From Octopus sinensis (lineage: Eukaryota), in contig NC_043004.1 in assembly GCF_006345805.1 (NCBI RefSeq), positions 80,352,001 to 80,416,000 on the forward strand: a stretch of 64,000 nt of DNA, in the 5' to 3' direction. Shown here one piece after another: positions 62,990 through 64,000 of this stretch. The first letter of the stretch is position 1. Each line of letters opens with the position of its first letter. Below the pieces are notes generated by a model. That model ran no database searches and had not been told where the DNA came from. It saw only the letters and a list, made by a program, of their open reading frames with translations. The position numbers were made by a program, and so were the translations under genes.

Positions 62990-63269
62990 GGCATTGCTTT
63001 GTGGTTAAGAAGTTCGTTTCCCAGCTATGAGTTTTCTGGTTCAGTCCTACCGCGTGGCACCTGGGGTAATTGTCTTCTATAGCCCCGGGCCGACCGAAAT
63101 CATGCGACTGGATTTGTTAGACGGAAACTAAAAGAAGCCTTTTGTGTGTGCATGTCTTATCTGTTTAAAATTTTACCTGAGGATGATGGAGTATATGTTA
63201 TGATGTAATCTCTCTCTGTGTCTCTGTATGTATGTATGTATGTATGTATGTATGTATGTATGTACATAC

Positions 63270-63322
<53 letters not shown>

Positions 63323-63785
63323 ATATATATATATGGAAGAAAAACGCATTAAAACGTTCGGACAGGTAGACGATACAAAGGCGGACAAGAGAAACAACAT
63401 TAGAAGGACAGGCAAAATAAAAGACGGCTCATTCTTGGCTTTCTTTCATCAGTCAAGTCCCAGAAGTCACAACTATTTCGGGCAGTTACACTTGTATATA
63501 TACATATTCATACATATGTGTGTTTGTGTCTCCCTGTCTTGTCATTACCTGACGCTGACAGTCGTAAACGATTGTCATAGAAGCGGTGTCGTTTGTTTCC
63601 AGTCTTCCGTGTAAAAATGTTTACGGCCACGTTAAAATATTGCCTCGCTTGAAAACAGGCGACGGTTGGCGACAAGAAAAGCATCCAGTCGTAATTCCAT
63701 CCAGTCGTTGTAATTCGGCCTCAACAAATTCCGTCCGATCCATGCAAGCATGGAGATGTGGTCTTTAAAATGATGATGGTGATGG
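62990..63785 (+). mobile_element. SINE family B head with a different (GAT)n-ending tail, interrupted by microsatellite and a Penelope-like piece
   Basis: Head at 62990-63150; tail GGTTGGCGACAAGAAAAGCATCCAGTCG...CATGCAAGCATGGAG...AAATGATGATG at about 63660-63785. Linkage of head and tail is inferred. Confidence 0.55.
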
Positions 63786-64000
63786 TGATGATTATGCTGT
63801 GTGTCAGTGTTTGCGTCTGTATGTGTATATATTAATCACTTTTGCAGTATTACACGTATACAGTGTGTGTGTGTGTGTGTGTGTTCACGAAAATAGATGT
63901 CCTATAACGGCCGTCCTTAACCCGGCTAAGCAAATTGCAAATGTCTCGGAAGCTCTAACAAACACAATAGGAAGATGCGTCATCGTTCTTCCCGGATATC

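Overview
Repeat-saturated eukaryotic genomic DNA, almost certainly from an octopod cephalopod (inferred from very dense TA/CA/ATCT/AAT microsatellites and tRNA-derived SINEs resembling the octopus OK/OR1/OR2 families). There is one 100-N gap (42557-42656). The only host gene I can support is the first coding exon of a glypican of the GPC3/GPC5 (Dally) subfamily (+, CDS 43847-44096, phase-1 donor). It has a probable upstream 5'UTR exon, and 44097-64000 appears to be intron 1. Everything else is mobile or repetitive: decayed CR1-type, R4/Dong-type (RLE), RTE and Tx1 LINE pieces, a mariner remnant, MITEs, a Helentron-like element, Penelope-like non-autonomous repeats, at least four SINE families with many nested insertions, and a degenerate U6 copy. 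Nearly all supplied ORFs are microsatellite or transposon artefacts. Most interesting: (1) a LINE and a SINE share a 3' terminus whose hairpin shows compensatory changes; (2) a 13-monomer array with a higher-order dimer in the glypican intron; (3) hammerhead-ribozyme core boxes recurring in several Penelope-like repeats; (4) a perfect 90-bp palindrome; (5) a U6 fragment abutting a SINE 3' end. I cannot claim a wholly new system; these are testable candidates. All family names come from motif recognition, not database searches.
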